Source: Chloroflexota bacterium (GTDB lineage: Bacteria > Chloroflexota > Anaerolineae > Aggregatilineales > Phototrophicaceae). Taken from it: DNA of 64,000 nt. Under the pieces are notes generated by a model. It was not told the DNA's origin. It was given only the letters and a program-made list of their open reading frames with translations, and ran no database searches. The stretch lies in assembly GCA_011523705.1 (NCBI GenBank), contig WTGC01000045.1, positions 11,508-75,507 of the forward strand. Direction: 5' to 3'. Position numbers and translations under genes: made by a program. The stretch's first letter is position 1; each line of letters opens with the position of its first letter. Below are positions 38,155-48,539 of this stretch, one piece after another.

Positions 38155-39372
38155 ATGCCAAAATCTATCATCGTCATTGGCACACTGGATACCAAGGGGC
38201 AAGAAATTGCCTTTGTGCGAGATCTTATTGCTGAAAGGGGCCACCACGCTGTGGTTGTTGACAGCGGGATCCTGGGTGAACCCGCCATTGAACCCGCGAT
38301 CTCGCGGCACGAGGTGGCTGCCGCGGCTGAGACAAGCATAGAAAAACTCCTTGCTGGGGGCGACAAGAACAATGCAATCAGCACCATGGCGCGCGGCGTG
38401 ACGTCAATATCTGTCAGACTGCATGCCGAGGGAAAGCTGGACGGCGTCATTGCGCTGGGCGGCGTTCAAGGCACGGTCATCGGTACAGCGGCCATGCGCG
38501 CGCTACCGGTTGGCGTGCCAAAGGTGATGGTTTCCACCGTTGCCAACGGGCAAGCTACCTTTGGTCCATTTGTGGGCACAAAAGACGTCACTATTATGCA
38601 TTCAGTAGCCGATATTCTAGGCTTAAACATCATCACCCGGCAGGTACTGTCAGAAGCTGCTGGCGCCGTAGTCGGCATGACTGAGTTGGCGCTAGGCCCT
38701 CAGACCACGGACCGTCCAACTATGGCGATGACCATGGCCGGCGTGACCACCCCAAGCGTCATGCGCGCCCGCGAACTTTTCGAAGCGTGGGGGTACGAAG
38801 TGATCGCCTTTCATTGCAACGGCATTGGGGCGCAAGCCATGGAAGAACTGGCCGATGCCGGACAATTGCAAGGTATCCTGGATCTGAGCCCGCACGATAT
38901 CGGCGGATACCTTCGCGGCGGCTTGATGCAGTCTAGCCCAGACAGACTGGAAGCTGTCGGCCGCCGGGGCGTGCCCATTGTGTTTGTGCCGGGCGGCATC
39001 GACTTTATCCTGTTTGGCCCGCTCCAATCGATTGCGCCCGAGATGCAAGAGCGCAATTACGTTGTCCATAATCCGATCCACACCCATGTGAGAGCCAATC
39101 TAGCGGAGATGAGCGAAGCTGGTCGCTTCGTTGCCGAGCGCCTCAGCCAGGCCGCCGGACCCGCAACGATCATGATTCCCCAACGCGGCTTCAGCCAGCT
39201 TAATATCACGGGCGGCCCATTATTCAATCCGGAAGCTGATCAAGGATTTATTGAGGGTTTGACGGCCGCCGGCTTAGGGAAACTGACATTAATCGAACTG
39301 GATATGCACATTAATGATCCAGCCTTTGCCGAAGCGGCCTCGACAGAGCTGCGCTCCTTGATGGAAAGATAG
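38155..39372 (+). CDS. UPF0261 (Tm-1-like) ATP-binding protein
   Basis: The N-terminus IIVIGTLDTKGQEIAFVRDLI and overall length match the UPF0261 family as I remember it. No adjacent PEP-hydrolase-like TIM-barrel partner gene is present. Confidence 0.6.
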   Translation: MPKSIIVIGTLDTKGQEIAFVRDLIAERGHHAVVVDSGILGEPAIEPAISRHEVAAAAETSIEKLLAGGDKNNAISTMARGVTSISVRLHAEGKLDGVIALGGVQGTVIGTAAMRALPVGVPKVMVSTVANGQATFGPFVGTKDVTIMHSVADILGLNIITRQVLSEAAGAVVGMTELALGPQTTDRPTMAMTMAGVTTPSVMRARELFEAWGYEVIAFHCNGIGAQAMEELADAGQLQGILDLSPHDIGGYLRGGLMQSSPDRLEAVGRRGVPIVFVPGGIDFILFGPLQSIAPEMQERNYVVHNPIHTHVRANLAEMSEAGRFVAERLSQAAGPATIMIPQRGFSQLNITGGPLFNPEADQGFIEGLTAAGLGKLTLIELDMHINDPAFAEAASTELRSLMER

Positions 39373-39943
39373 CTGCTTCGAAAAATGATATTCTGGGCGC
39401 GGCTGACAATTCGCACGCGGAAAACAGATGATCAACCGCCCGATAATATCCATTATCCAGAATTAGTCAGTAAAGACATGTTAGTTGATCGGCTTCGAGT
39501 TAGAGATTGGATTCTGAAGCATTCAAGCAGGCGATAACTGGATGACTCAGCTCAAATAGTCATACGGGCGGTTTGCACCATGGAAGCCCCCTCCTGTGAA
39601 GCAGACGGTGCATGTTGGTAGCGAATTTGGACTAACTTGGGGTCTCTTATTGCGTCTGTTTGCTACAGGAAAGGCTGGCAGACGTCTAATGACCCAAGAG
39701 ATTGTTGTTAAGAATTGTGAATTTGCTACGGGCAAATGGCGACTGTAGGTATTCTATCGAAGGCAGATACGTACAGAACTCCAGTCCGTGTGGTTCGGCT
39801 CCAAGCCTTTCATGACTACAAGCGCTGAAGAAAATCACCGCCTGGGCGGGAGCATCACGCCATAACATTCGCGGATGCAAGTCCTTTCAGATACGTCCAG
39901 ACACTTTTTTGCACTTTGCGGTAGGATAGAGAATGAGAAACGG

Positions 39944-40777
39944 ATGGAGCATATGAGGATGAACGAGACACACAAGGATCCGCGAATCATAACTTCGCTG
40001 CAACGTGCGCTAGATATTCTGTCCTTGTTCGGGCCACAAACGCCGGAATTGGGCATCACAGACATCGCCAAAGCCCTAAATTTGCACAAGAGCACTGCGT
40101 CAGGTCTTGTTTACACGTTGCAGCGCAACGGCTACATAGTGCAGAATTCGGAAAATCGCCGGTATCAACTGGGTCTGCAATTGGTGGAGCGGGCCGGCGT
40201 TCTGCTCGATCAGATTGAAATCCGTAAGATCGCCATGCCCGAACTCGAACACCTGCGCGATTGGTCATCCGAAAGTGTAAACCTGGCGATCCTGGAAGAG
40301 AATCAGATCATCTACATTGAAAGGCTGTTAACCGACAAGAGTCTTGGCTTCCGCAACCACATTGGCAAACGAGCCTGGCCCCATTCAACCGCCTTGGGCA
40401 AGGCGATCCTTTCGCATTTGCCGCCGCATCAGTCGCTTGCGATTCTACAATCTTACCCCCTTGAATCCATGACGCCGAATACGATCACCGACATCGATCA
40501 ATTGATAAGGCAGTTTGAAGAGTTTCGCCATCAAGGATATTCCATCGAACGCGAAGAAAATGAGATCGGCGGTCTCTGCATCTCGGCGCCGATCCATAAT
40601 TACGCCGCTCAACCCGTGGCAGCCCTCAGTGTATCGTTTCCCTTGTCCCGCCTTGATGAATCGATGATTTCAACTTATGGCGCCAAGATTCAGGACGTCG
40701 CCCGGAGCATATCGGAGAAGCTGGGATACTATCTGGAAGCCAGATCGTTGCCTATGGCGGCGGAAGCGCAGGGTTGA
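39944..40777 (+). CDS. IclR-family transcriptional regulator
   Basis: Contains SLQRALDILSLFG...LGITDIAKALNLHKSTASGLVYTL (wHTH) plus an IclR effector domain. The start may be ATG 39944, 39953 or 39959. Confidence 0.85.
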   Translation: MEHMRMNETHKDPRIITSLQRALDILSLFGPQTPELGITDIAKALNLHKSTASGLVYTLQRNGYIVQNSENRRYQLGLQLVERAGVLLDQIEIRKIAMPELEHLRDWSSESVNLAILEENQIIYIERLLTDKSLGFRNHIGKRAWPHSTALGKAILSHLPPHQSLAILQSYPLESMTPNTITDIDQLIRQFEEFRHQGYSIEREENEIGGLCISAPIHNYAAQPVAALSVSFPLSRLDESMISTYGAKIQDVARSISEKLGYYLEARSLPMAAEAQG

Positions 40778-41847
40778 GCGCCATCATGCGATTCGGCAAA
40801 GTCGCCCGTCATCGCGCCTGCAGCATTATCCCACAGTTGATTACCACAGATTAACACTTGTCCATTTACCAGCACCTTGATGCCGCCAGCATCGTTTTCG
40901 TAGATGATATTGCCGTAGACCAGGTTTTCCACGCCATATTGAACGCCGTCTACCAGATGGCCGCCTAACCTAACGCCAGCGCCCACGCTACCGTAAATCT
41001 CGTTGTAACGGATGACGTTGGCTTTACCGCGGGAGACTATTCCACCCGAGTTGGGGTCTTTCTGACCGGTACAGATATTGTATTCGATGATATTGTGCTC
41101 GGTGCCTTCTTTGGATTCGACGCATTCGTTCCCCTGTGTATCGATGACATTATGATGCACCCAATTGTGGGCAGTGACGTCAGGTTCAATCGTCAAGTTG
41201 ATGTCCCACTGATTGCTTGACGTGCCCAGATATATCGCTTCGCCCACGACGCCATGCGCGTCGAAGACGAAATCCCAGATGCCACAATCATGAAATGTCG
41301 AATACGCGATCTCGTTGAGATGGGCGAAGTACTTGATGCGCAGGCATTCTTCGCCGGCGTTGCGGAATGTCATATTGAGGACGCGCATATGATGCACGCC
41401 GTCGCGCACATCATAGCCGATTACGTAGAGGAGTTTCTCGCGAAAGGCGCCCATGCGGTTCGGCTCGGCATTGCGCCGCAAACCGTCGATGGTGAAGCCG
41501 ATCAGGCTGATGTAGTCGTGGTGCACCTGGAAAATCCGATTGCTGGTCAAGCCGTGCACGACGGCACTGGACGTGCCGACAACGGTGATCGGCTTCCCCG
41601 GTGCGCCATCGCGGACAGTATAGACATCCTGGTAGTAGTGTCCCGGCGCCAGATGTATCGTATCGCCGGGCTGCGCCAAATGCAGCGCATGTTGTATTGA
41701 GCGAAAGGACTGCGAGGGGCTAGCGCCGCTGTTGGCGTTGTCGCCAGCAGGGCTTACGAAATATTGGGCGCCGCCCTCCTGAGCCTGACCGGCCAGGCAT
41801 AGCAACGCGCTCAGAAATATTGAGAGGAAAGAATTTTTCATATGCAT
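40729..41847 (-). CDS. secreted right-handed parallel beta-helix protein (polysaccharide lyase/hydrolase-like)
   Basis: Signal peptide MHMKNSFLSIFLSALLCLAGQAQE. It has repeated short beta-helix coils (IRYNEIYGS.GAGVRLGG, VYGNIIYENDAGGIKV, ICGNQLWDN). Its 3' end overlaps the convergent IclR gene by 49 nt. Confidence 0.7.
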   Translation of the reverse strand: MHMKNSFLSIFLSALLCLAGQAQEGGAQYFVSPAGDNANSGASPSQSFRSIQHALHLAQPGDTIHLAPGHYYQDVYTVRDGAPGKPITVVGTSSAVVHGLTSNRIFQVHHDYISLIGFTIDGLRRNAEPNRMGAFREKLLYVIGYDVRDGVHHMRVLNMTFRNAGEECLRIKYFAHLNEIAYSTFHDCGIWDFVFDAHGVVGEAIYLGTSSNQWDINLTIEPDVTAHNWVHHNVIDTQGNECVESKEGTEHNIIEYNICTGQKDPNSGGIVSRGKANVIRYNEIYGSVGAGVRLGGHLVDGVQYGVENLVYGNIIYENDAGGIKVLVNGQVLICGNQLWDNAAGAMTGDFAESHDGAQPCASAAIGNDLASR

Positions 41848-41857
41848 GCGACGAACC

Positions 41858-41886
41858 AGTGGGCATAAATCAGATTCATGCCCACT
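41858..41886 (-). terminator. intergenic hairpin between the binding-protein gene and the beta-helix gene
   Basis: AGTGGGCAT-11 nt-ATGCCCACT gives a perfect 9-bp stem. No U-tract, so terminator function is uncertain. Confidence 0.35.
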
Positions 41887-41901
41887 AGCATCTAGCTGCG
41901 C

Positions 41902-43197
41902 TTACTCGTAGTCTTGGATGTTCTCCAGGATGTAAGCGACTTCATCAGCAATGCGCTGCATGCCTTCTTCGGCCGTCGCCGCGCCGATCCAAACCTCGCC
42001 CAATTCCTGCTTCCACAGGGAATCGAAAGCCGAGTACATGGGATGAATCGGGTCGTACATCGAGAAGTAATTGCCAGCGCCAGCCAGGAAGGCTTCTTTG
42101 TTGGAGCCCGGCAGCAGCTCAGGATCCAGGAAGCGCGGATCACTCTTGAACTCGGTCAACGCCGGGGTCATCACTTGCAGATCCAGCAGCATATTGACGC
42201 CGAGCGAGCCGGGACCAGCCAGGAACTTGACCAATTCCCAAGCTTCCTCCGGATGGTCGGTATCAGCCGAGATGGCGAAGCAGCTGCCATCAGCGCGATT
42301 CACCGCCTCGCCGCTTTCGCCCAGGGGCAGGGCGGCCATATCAAAGTCGAAGCCGGAGCCTAGATAACGCTGCATGCGCCAGTGACCAACGACCTGCATG
42401 CCCGCTTTGCCCGCGGCGAAGAGATCGCTGATATCGGCGCGCTGCTCATCGGATGGCATGACATTGTGCTCCAGGATCAGATCGGCGACGAATTGAACCG
42501 AATCGATCACACCCTGATCCATGCCATAAAATTCGGTCGGGTGGCGGATATCATTGAAGAGACCGCGATCGGTATTGCTCCAGACGACCATGGGCCAATA
42601 GTTGCGGAAGGTATCGACGCCGAATTGGTCGGTGACGCCATCGCCATCGGTATCCAGCGTCAAGGCATCGGCTGTGGCCAGGAAGTCGTCCCAGGTCCAG
42701 CCATCTACCGGATAATCGACGCCGGCCGCGTCAAAGATTTCCTTGTTGTAGTAGACGACCAGCGCGGCATGATCGATCGGCAAGCAATGCAGTTCGCCGT
42801 CGATCTGATAATTTGCCAGGATGGTGGGGTCGTAGACCGAGAGGTCGATCCCATCGCGCTCGACAAATTCGTTGATCGTCAAGAGCGCCCCCTTGCTAGC
42901 GTAGGCGTTCGCGACATGGGTGGCCGGGTAGAAGACATCGGGCGGCGTGCCGCCAGCGACGGTGGTTTGCAGCTTGGTGTAATAATCGCTGCCGCTGCCA
43001 ATGTTCTCGAACTCGATATTGATGCCAGTCTGCTCGGTGAAGGCCTCGGCTACGGGCATGGCGACGTTCTCTACGCGGTTCTGGTCCCAGCGCATGAACC
43101 ACTTAATCGTGACGTCTTGCGCGGACGCGCTTATGCTGAAGGCAAGAAGAATTGCCAACACCAGCAGGATGTTTATGGACTTGCGATTCGTCAACAT
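41902..43197 (-). CDS. family-1 sugar ABC substrate-binding protein
   Basis: I chose ATG 43197 (MLTNRKSINILLVLAILLAFSISASAQ signal peptide). The track ORF extends to 43302 into the upstream gene. Confidence 0.85.
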   Translation of the reverse strand: MLTNRKSINILLVLAILLAFSISASAQDVTIKWFMRWDQNRVENVAMPVAEAFTEQTGINIEFENIGSGSDYYTKLQTTVAGGTPPDVFYPATHVANAYASKGALLTINEFVERDGIDLSVYDPTILANYQIDGELHCLPIDHAALVVYYNKEIFDAAGVDYPVDGWTWDDFLATADALTLDTDGDGVTDQFGVDTFRNYWPMVVWSNTDRGLFNDIRHPTEFYGMDQGVIDSVQFVADLILEHNVMPSDEQRADISDLFAAGKAGMQVVGHWRMQRYLGSGFDFDMAALPLGESGEAVNRADGSCFAISADTDHPEEAWELVKFLAGPGSLGVNMLLDLQVMTPALTEFKSDPRFLDPELLPGSNKEAFLAGAGNYFSMYDPIHPMYSAFDSLWKQELGEVWIGAATAEEGMQRIADEVAYILENIQDYE

Positions 43198-43285
43198 TGT
43201 TTTGCTCCTCTTGTATGTGATTCGATTCCGGTAGATTGGTCTTACAATTGGTCGGTTGCTACACCTCCTTGTGGCGCGCGATATA

Positions 43286-44176
43286 TTAGCCTTTTGATCC
43301 ACCAGATCCGGTAAGGGCGACGCCGCTGATGAAGTACTTCTGCGCCAGGAAGAAGACGACCAAGGGCGCCAGCAAAGCGACGGCGGCGGCCGCCATATAT
43401 AGATGCCAGGCGGTGAAATAATCGTTGCGGAAGGCGGCCAATCCGATTGAAATCGTGTAATTGCGATCCGAGCTCAGGTAGATCAGCGGACCGAAGAAGT
43501 CGTTCCAGGTCGACATGAACTCGAAGACGGCGACCGCGCCGAGCGCGGGCCGCGCCAAGGGCAGGATGATGCGCAAGAAGATTTGGAAGGAACTGGCGCC
43601 GTCCATCTTTGCCGCTTCGTCCAAATCCAGCGGAATCGTCAAGAAGTATTGCCGCAGCAAAAAGATGGAAAAGGCGCCGCCGAAGAAATTGGGCACGATC
43701 AGCGGCAGGAAGGTATCAAGCCAACCCAGATACTTAAACAAGATGAAACGCGGAATGATCAAGATATGGAATGGGATCATCAAGGTGCTGAGCACGACCA
43801 GGAACAGGACGCCGCGCCCGGGAAAGCGAAAACGGGCGAAGCCGTATGCCACCACCGCCGAACTGCAGACCTGCCCCAGGACGCTCAATACCGTGATGAT
43901 TGTCGTATTGACATAATAGCGCCCAAAAGGCCGGGCGGTCAGCGCGTCGGGGTAATTCTCCCATTGCACCGGGTCGGGAATCCAGGTCGGCGGGTACTCG
44001 AGCGTTTGCTGTTCGGTTTTCAGCGAGGTCGAAATCGTCCAGGCGAAGGGAAAGAAGACCATGACGGCGCCCAGCAGCAGTATCGCGTAAATAGCGGCGA
44101 CGCTGAGATGGGGCATGAACTTGCCGAGAAATTGGTTCTTGCGCGCTGGCGCGGCTACTGCAAGATTTATCGCCAT
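43286..44176 (-). CDS. sugar ABC permease (MalG-like)
   Basis: EAA loop DEAAKMDGASSFQIFLRIILP. Confidence 0.85.
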   Translation of the reverse strand: MAINLAVAAPARKNQFLGKFMPHLSVAAIYAILLLGAVMVFFPFAWTISTSLKTEQQTLEYPPTWIPDPVQWENYPDALTARPFGRYYVNTTIITVLSVLGQVCSSAVVAYGFARFRFPGRGVLFLVVLSTLMIPFHILIIPRFILFKYLGWLDTFLPLIVPNFFGGAFSIFLLRQYFLTIPLDLDEAAKMDGASSFQIFLRIILPLARPALGAVAVFEFMSTWNDFFGPLIYLSSDRNYTISIGLAAFRNDYFTAWHLYMAAAAVALLAPLVVFFLAQKYFISGVALTGSGGSKG

Positions 44177-44180
44177 CAGC

Positions 44181-45116
44181 TTAACTATCCCCCGTAAGCT
44201 CGCCTTCGTAGAAGACCCAGGCTTTTGACCAGCGGAATACCAGCAAAGTCAAGGCCATGATGATGATGAAGACCACCACCGCCATCGCCGATGCGTAGCC
44301 CATCTGATATTGCATGAATCCCTTTTGGAATAAGTAGTAGGTGAAAAACAGCGACTGATTGCGCGGGCCGCCCTCGGTCATGACGTAAGCCTGCGTGAAG
44401 AGCTTGAAGGTGTCGATCATGCCGGTGATCAGGTTGAAGAAAATGACCGGCGTCAACAAGGGCAGCGTGATGCGGAAGAACTGCCGCCAGTAGCCGGCGC
44501 CGTCGATGGCCGAGGCTTCATACAATTCGTTGGATATCCCCTGCAGGCCGGACAAATAGATGATCATGTTGCGCCCCGCCGCCGCCCAAACAGCCATCAC
44601 CATCAGCGATGGCAGGACGAGAGCGGCGTCGTCCAGCCAGCGTGGACCGGGTATGCCCAGAAATTGTTGAATCATCGTATTCAGAATGCCGTAGCGGGGA
44701 TTGTAGATCCACATCCAGACCAGCGAAATCGCCACCGGCGGCAGCACCACCGGCATGTAATAGATCGTGCGCCAGATGCCGATGAACTTGATGCGCCGGT
44801 TGTTGAGCAGCAGCGCCGTGCCCAGCGCCACGAAGATGCCCAAGGGCACCCGGCCCAAACCGTAGACGATGGTCACCTCCATCGACTTCAGAAAGAGCCG
44901 ATCGCTGAAGAGCCGCTCGTAATTGCGCCAGCCGACGGCGCGCGGGTCGCCAATTAAATCCCAGCGCTGGAAGCTCAGCCAGATCAAACCGATCATGGGA
45001 CCGATGACAAAGATGAGGAAGCCCAAGACCCAGGGCGAGATGAACACATACCCATTGATGGCTTCCCGCAATCGCGCCGACCGGACTTGATTCCGTTGTA
45101 GATTAATCGCCGTCAT
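44181..45116 (-). CDS. sugar ABC permease (MalF-like)
   Basis: EAA loop YEASAIDGAGYWRQFFRITLP. Confidence 0.85.
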   Translation of the reverse strand: MTAINLQRNQVRSARLREAINGYVFISPWVLGFLIFVIGPMIGLIWLSFQRWDLIGDPRAVGWRNYERLFSDRLFLKSMEVTIVYGLGRVPLGIFVALGTALLLNNRRIKFIGIWRTIYYMPVVLPPVAISLVWMWIYNPRYGILNTMIQQFLGIPGPRWLDDAALVLPSLMVMAVWAAAGRNMIIYLSGLQGISNELYEASAIDGAGYWRQFFRITLPLLTPVIFFNLITGMIDTFKLFTQAYVMTEGGPRNQSLFFTYYLFQKGFMQYQMGYASAMAVVVFIIIMALTLLVFRWSKAWVFYEGELTGDS

Positions 45117-45122
45117 AGCTGC

Positions 45123-46274
45123 TTACTCGCTCACTCCTCTTACATCTATCTCGGGGACCAGAGCGCGCTGATAGATGTCCCGGCGCGTGAAGGCGGTCAG
45201 CGCCTCCATAAAATAGTAGTCGCCGTAGATCAAACCGTGCTCCATCAGGTTGGCGGGCACGGAACGGGCCCCTTCGCGCAAAATCGACGAAGGACCGGAC
45301 GAGTCCCTGATAAGATAGTTCTCGCACAGCGAAATCAGTATGCGCTCTGCCAACCCGACCCAGCGCGACGCGCCTTCGTTATCAACGCCGGCAAGCTCCA
45401 GCAAGCCACAAACCGTGACCGCGGCCGCCGATGAATCGCGATAGGTATCCGGTAAATGCGGGCTGTTGTAATCCCAATAAGGCACCAGGTCCTCCGGCAG
45501 ATGGCGTATCGTGTAGTCCGCCAAGGCTTGCGCTGTCGCCAGGAAGGCCGGGATGTCCGTATGGCGATAACAGGTGGCGAAGCCATAAAGCGCCCAGGCT
45601 TGCCCGCGCGACCAACATGAGTCGTGGCTATACCCCTGATACTGTTCGCGTCTGATCAGCAAGCCAGAATCGGGATCAAAGTCGGCGACATGGGCGGTAG
45701 AGCCATCGCCACGAACAAGCGCCAAGCGCGAGGTACGCGCGTGCAAGGTAGCGATATCGGCCAGCGCAGCGTCTCCAGTCATGTCGCTGGCCCAGTACAA
45801 CAGCGCCAGGTTCATCATCAGGTCGATATTTGTGCGGCCCGCCCACTTGCGGATGCCATCATCGTCCCAAGCCTGCAGGTACTCCCCGCGCGGATTAAAG
45901 CGCTTAATCAAGGTGTAGGCGGCTTCAATGGCGTTGTCGTACCAGGCAGGCTCTCCGGTCAGACGTCCGGCAAGGACATGCGACAGGTAAAAGATGAAAC
46001 CCAAGTCGTGCGTTCCTCTGCTTGTCTTCAGGTTCGCGAGCCTGTTCGTCCAGGCTTCGGCGCCCGATCTCAATTCGGCGTTACCGGTATGCGCATAAGC
46101 CAGCCAGAGCAGGCCAGTCCAAAAGCCATCTACCCAATGCCCGGCAGCGCGTTCCTTCTCGATCGGTTTCCAGGCGCCATGCTTAAAGGACTCGGGAAAC
46201 TCCTCCATTGCTCCCAGGTTGTATCGGGTTGTCTTGATGCTCTGCTTCAACGCATCGTCAAATATGGCGGCCAT
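45123..46274 (-). CDS. glycoside hydrolase family 88 (unsaturated glucuronyl/galacturonyl hydrolase-like)
   Basis: Contains GFWTGLLWLAY, THDLGF, NIDLMMNL, SRGQAWALYGF, VPYWDY and RDSSAAA blocks, characteristic of GH88. Confidence 0.8.
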   Translation of the reverse strand: MAAIFDDALKQSIKTTRYNLGAMEEFPESFKHGAWKPIEKERAAGHWVDGFWTGLLWLAYAHTGNAELRSGAEAWTNRLANLKTSRGTHDLGFIFYLSHVLAGRLTGEPAWYDNAIEAAYTLIKRFNPRGEYLQAWDDDGIRKWAGRTNIDLMMNLALLYWASDMTGDAALADIATLHARTSRLALVRGDGSTAHVADFDPDSGLLIRREQYQGYSHDSCWSRGQAWALYGFATCYRHTDIPAFLATAQALADYTIRHLPEDLVPYWDYNSPHLPDTYRDSSAAAVTVCGLLELAGVDNEGASRWVGLAERILISLCENYLIRDSSGPSSILREGARSVPANLMEHGLIYGDYYFMEALTAFTRRDIYQRALVPEIDVRGVSE

Positions 46275-48519
46275 CTGCCTGCGTACCTCTACCTACAGCG
46301 ATTTCCGTCTTCCCAGCATGCACCTGAACCCAGGCCATACCGGTCGGTGCATCGTAGTGAACGCCGCCGTTTCGCCCGCTGCATGAGTCCGAGCCGGGTT
46401 TGCTGCTCCTAAAGCGGATCCAGGTGGTGTCGACGGCGGTGATGTTGCCTCTCATACCCCCGGCCCACTTCGTCAAAGCCACGTCGACTGGCCGATCGGC
46501 GACAAACTGAAGCTCTCCATCCAGCCAAATGCTTGTAACCTCGCCCGCGAGCACATGATCAAGCTGGCCATTTGTGCGGCGTCCAGCGAACCAACGCCCA
46601 TCAACGTTTAGATCCTCTGTGAGGATTCCGTCCTTGCCCGTTGCGAAGCCAAGCTGCCATTGCCGTACTTCGCCGATCAGACTTGTGGCAACACCGCGTT
46701 CCGACCGCTTAGATTCAACATTGAATCCGGCAAGATCCAAAATGACAAAGAATGCACAGTCCTGTCGTGGTTCGGGCGGGCGCAGCGCCAAAGCATATTG
46801 CGTATTGCTGATAATCCAGTCCGGTTTCGCCGATGTAGGATTCGCCTTTATCTCCTGTTCATGCACCTGATGCGCGATTCCGCTTGGGTGCAGAGCGTGT
46901 AGTTGGCACTCAGTCGCTCCGCTCTTAATGGTGAAACAACCGTTGCCCTTTGGCTCGGCAGGCGCGTCAGTCTGCAGCAGCCATTCATAATGATGTGGAA
47001 CATCGGCTGATATGACATCGCGCAAGACCACGGCTTCGCCTTCAAGAAAAAGCGCCTCCCTGGTGAATTGCCTCAGCTCCAGATCACGCTCGTAGGCGCG
47101 GGCTGCCTCACCGCGAGCGTAGACAACGCCTTCCAGTTCAACACTTGCTTCCAGGCGAGCGCCCCAAGTCTCATCCAAATCTCGAAACGCGTTTTTCGTG
47201 CCTTCCGCGTATTGACCGCGGCCATCAACGAGCAGGGTGCTATGGTTCCGTGTGCGCTTTTCTTTGGCGTAGCCGTCGTCCACTGCCAAGTAGTCATCGC
47301 CGCTGATTATGATGAAGCTGTTGGCATCGGGATGATCATGCCCCGCGCTGAGCGTCTGCCAGTTACGACTGTGGTTCAACGCGTGCCCGCTATGCCAGGC
47401 TTTCATGCCATTGGGCGTGCCACATTTAAAGGCCATGGTGACGGCGTCTGCATTCCAGGAGCTTCGCATCGCCACTAGCCCAAGGTCGGCGAAAGTGCGA
47501 CTGCGCGGCAATGCCTCGACGGGCGATGCCCCGACCTCCTGCTCATACCAGAGGAATTCCAGGCCTGATTCAGCCCAAAGACCGGGCTTCACCAGTCCTT
47601 CCACGCCCTCTCGTTCCCATTCACCGCTTCGATAAAAGTGATGATAGAGCCATTGCGCTTCGCCAATGTTGTAAAGGCCGGCCAAGCGCGCATAGACCGC
47701 CGCGGTGTGAGCGCTGCGTCGATCGTGGCAGTCGCCGAAATTGGCTGTGTCAACTAGGTTAGGCCCGCTCATATAGAGTCGGTAAAAGAACGTGTTCCTT
47801 AGAAACTCCGAATCATGCAGGTTTTCGCCCATTTCCTGCTGGAGAAGGTCGGCGTAGATCAGGAACCAGATGACACCATAGCGCCAGTAAACCGGTCCTT
47901 CATAATTTGAGCCGTCCTCAGCCATGTAGGACAAGGATCGAATGAAGTTGTCTTTTGCCCGCGTCGCCCACCTGCCCGCCTCGCTGTATTCATCACAAAG
48001 GGCATACGCAGCCGTTGCCAATCCGCCGTAGCAGATCCAGTTGTGATTTTGCCAATAGGCGGAGCTCCACCATTTCCCTTTGGTCGCTAGCGCAAAATCA
48101 TAGAGTTTCTTACCCTGCAGGATCAGCTTGTCACGCAGGGCATCCCGCTCGCCAGATGGTAGCGCGTCCTTCAGCCAATCGTAAGCAAGCCCGAGCCCGA
48201 AAAGCAGCCAGGCGGCATCCAGATCATGATCCGGCATCCGCTCCTTGCCCCAGTGGGGGTAGGAAATCGCCCGCTTGATCCAGCGGCTTGCGGCATCTAG
48301 GTGCGCCGGGTCTCCCGCCAGCAAATGCGCCAGTGCCAAGTTCAGCACAGCCGTGCCGATGTAGGTTATGGAGTCGCTGGGATGGTCGGGCGGTGGCAAA
48401 TTGCCGTGATGAGAATCAGCTTGCCGAAGCAAACGCTCAAACTGAGACGAGTGCGTCGTCTCCGCCAGAGACCGCCACTTCTGAAGCGAGTGGCGCTTAA
48501 GAAAGAGATACTCCCGCAT
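46258..48519 (-). CDS. heparinase II/III-like polysaccharide lyase family protein
   Basis: I chose ATG 48519. An alpha/alpha-toroid-like N-terminal half is followed by ...LSAGHDHPDANSFIIISGDDYLAVDDGY..., the heparinase II/III signature region. Its 3' end overlaps the GH88 start by 17 nt. Confidence 0.7.
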   Translation of the reverse strand: MREYLFLKRHSLQKWRSLAETTHSSQFERLLRQADSHHGNLPPPDHPSDSITYIGTAVLNLALAHLLAGDPAHLDAASRWIKRAISYPHWGKERMPDHDLDAAWLLFGLGLAYDWLKDALPSGERDALRDKLILQGKKLYDFALATKGKWWSSAYWQNHNWICYGGLATAAYALCDEYSEAGRWATRAKDNFIRSLSYMAEDGSNYEGPVYWRYGVIWFLIYADLLQQEMGENLHDSEFLRNTFFYRLYMSGPNLVDTANFGDCHDRRSAHTAAVYARLAGLYNIGEAQWLYHHFYRSGEWEREGVEGLVKPGLWAESGLEFLWYEQEVGASPVEALPRSRTFADLGLVAMRSSWNADAVTMAFKCGTPNGMKAWHSGHALNHSRNWQTLSAGHDHPDANSFIIISGDDYLAVDDGYAKEKRTRNHSTLLVDGRGQYAEGTKNAFRDLDETWGARLEASVELEGVVYARGEAARAYERDLELRQFTREALFLEGEAVVLRDVISADVPHHYEWLLQTDAPAEPKGNGCFTIKSGATECQLHALHPSGIAHQVHEQEIKANPTSAKPDWIISNTQYALALRPPEPRQDCAFFVILDLAGFNVESKRSERGVATSLIGEVRQWQLGFATGKDGILTEDLNVDGRWFAGRRTNGQLDHVLAGEVTSIWLDGELQFVADRPVDVALTKWAGGMRGNITAVDTTWIRFRSSKPGSDSCSGRNGGVHYDAPTGMAWVQVHAGKTEIAVGRGTQADGRHI

Positions 48520-48539
48520 GAGGCCAGACTCTCCAGCGC

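Noticed and set aside
40729-40777. 49-nt convergent overlap between the IclR gene and the beta-helix gene
   Set aside because: Both ORFs are otherwise well supported. The overlap involves only poorly conserved C-terminal tails. It probably has no special meaning beyond possible transcriptional interference.
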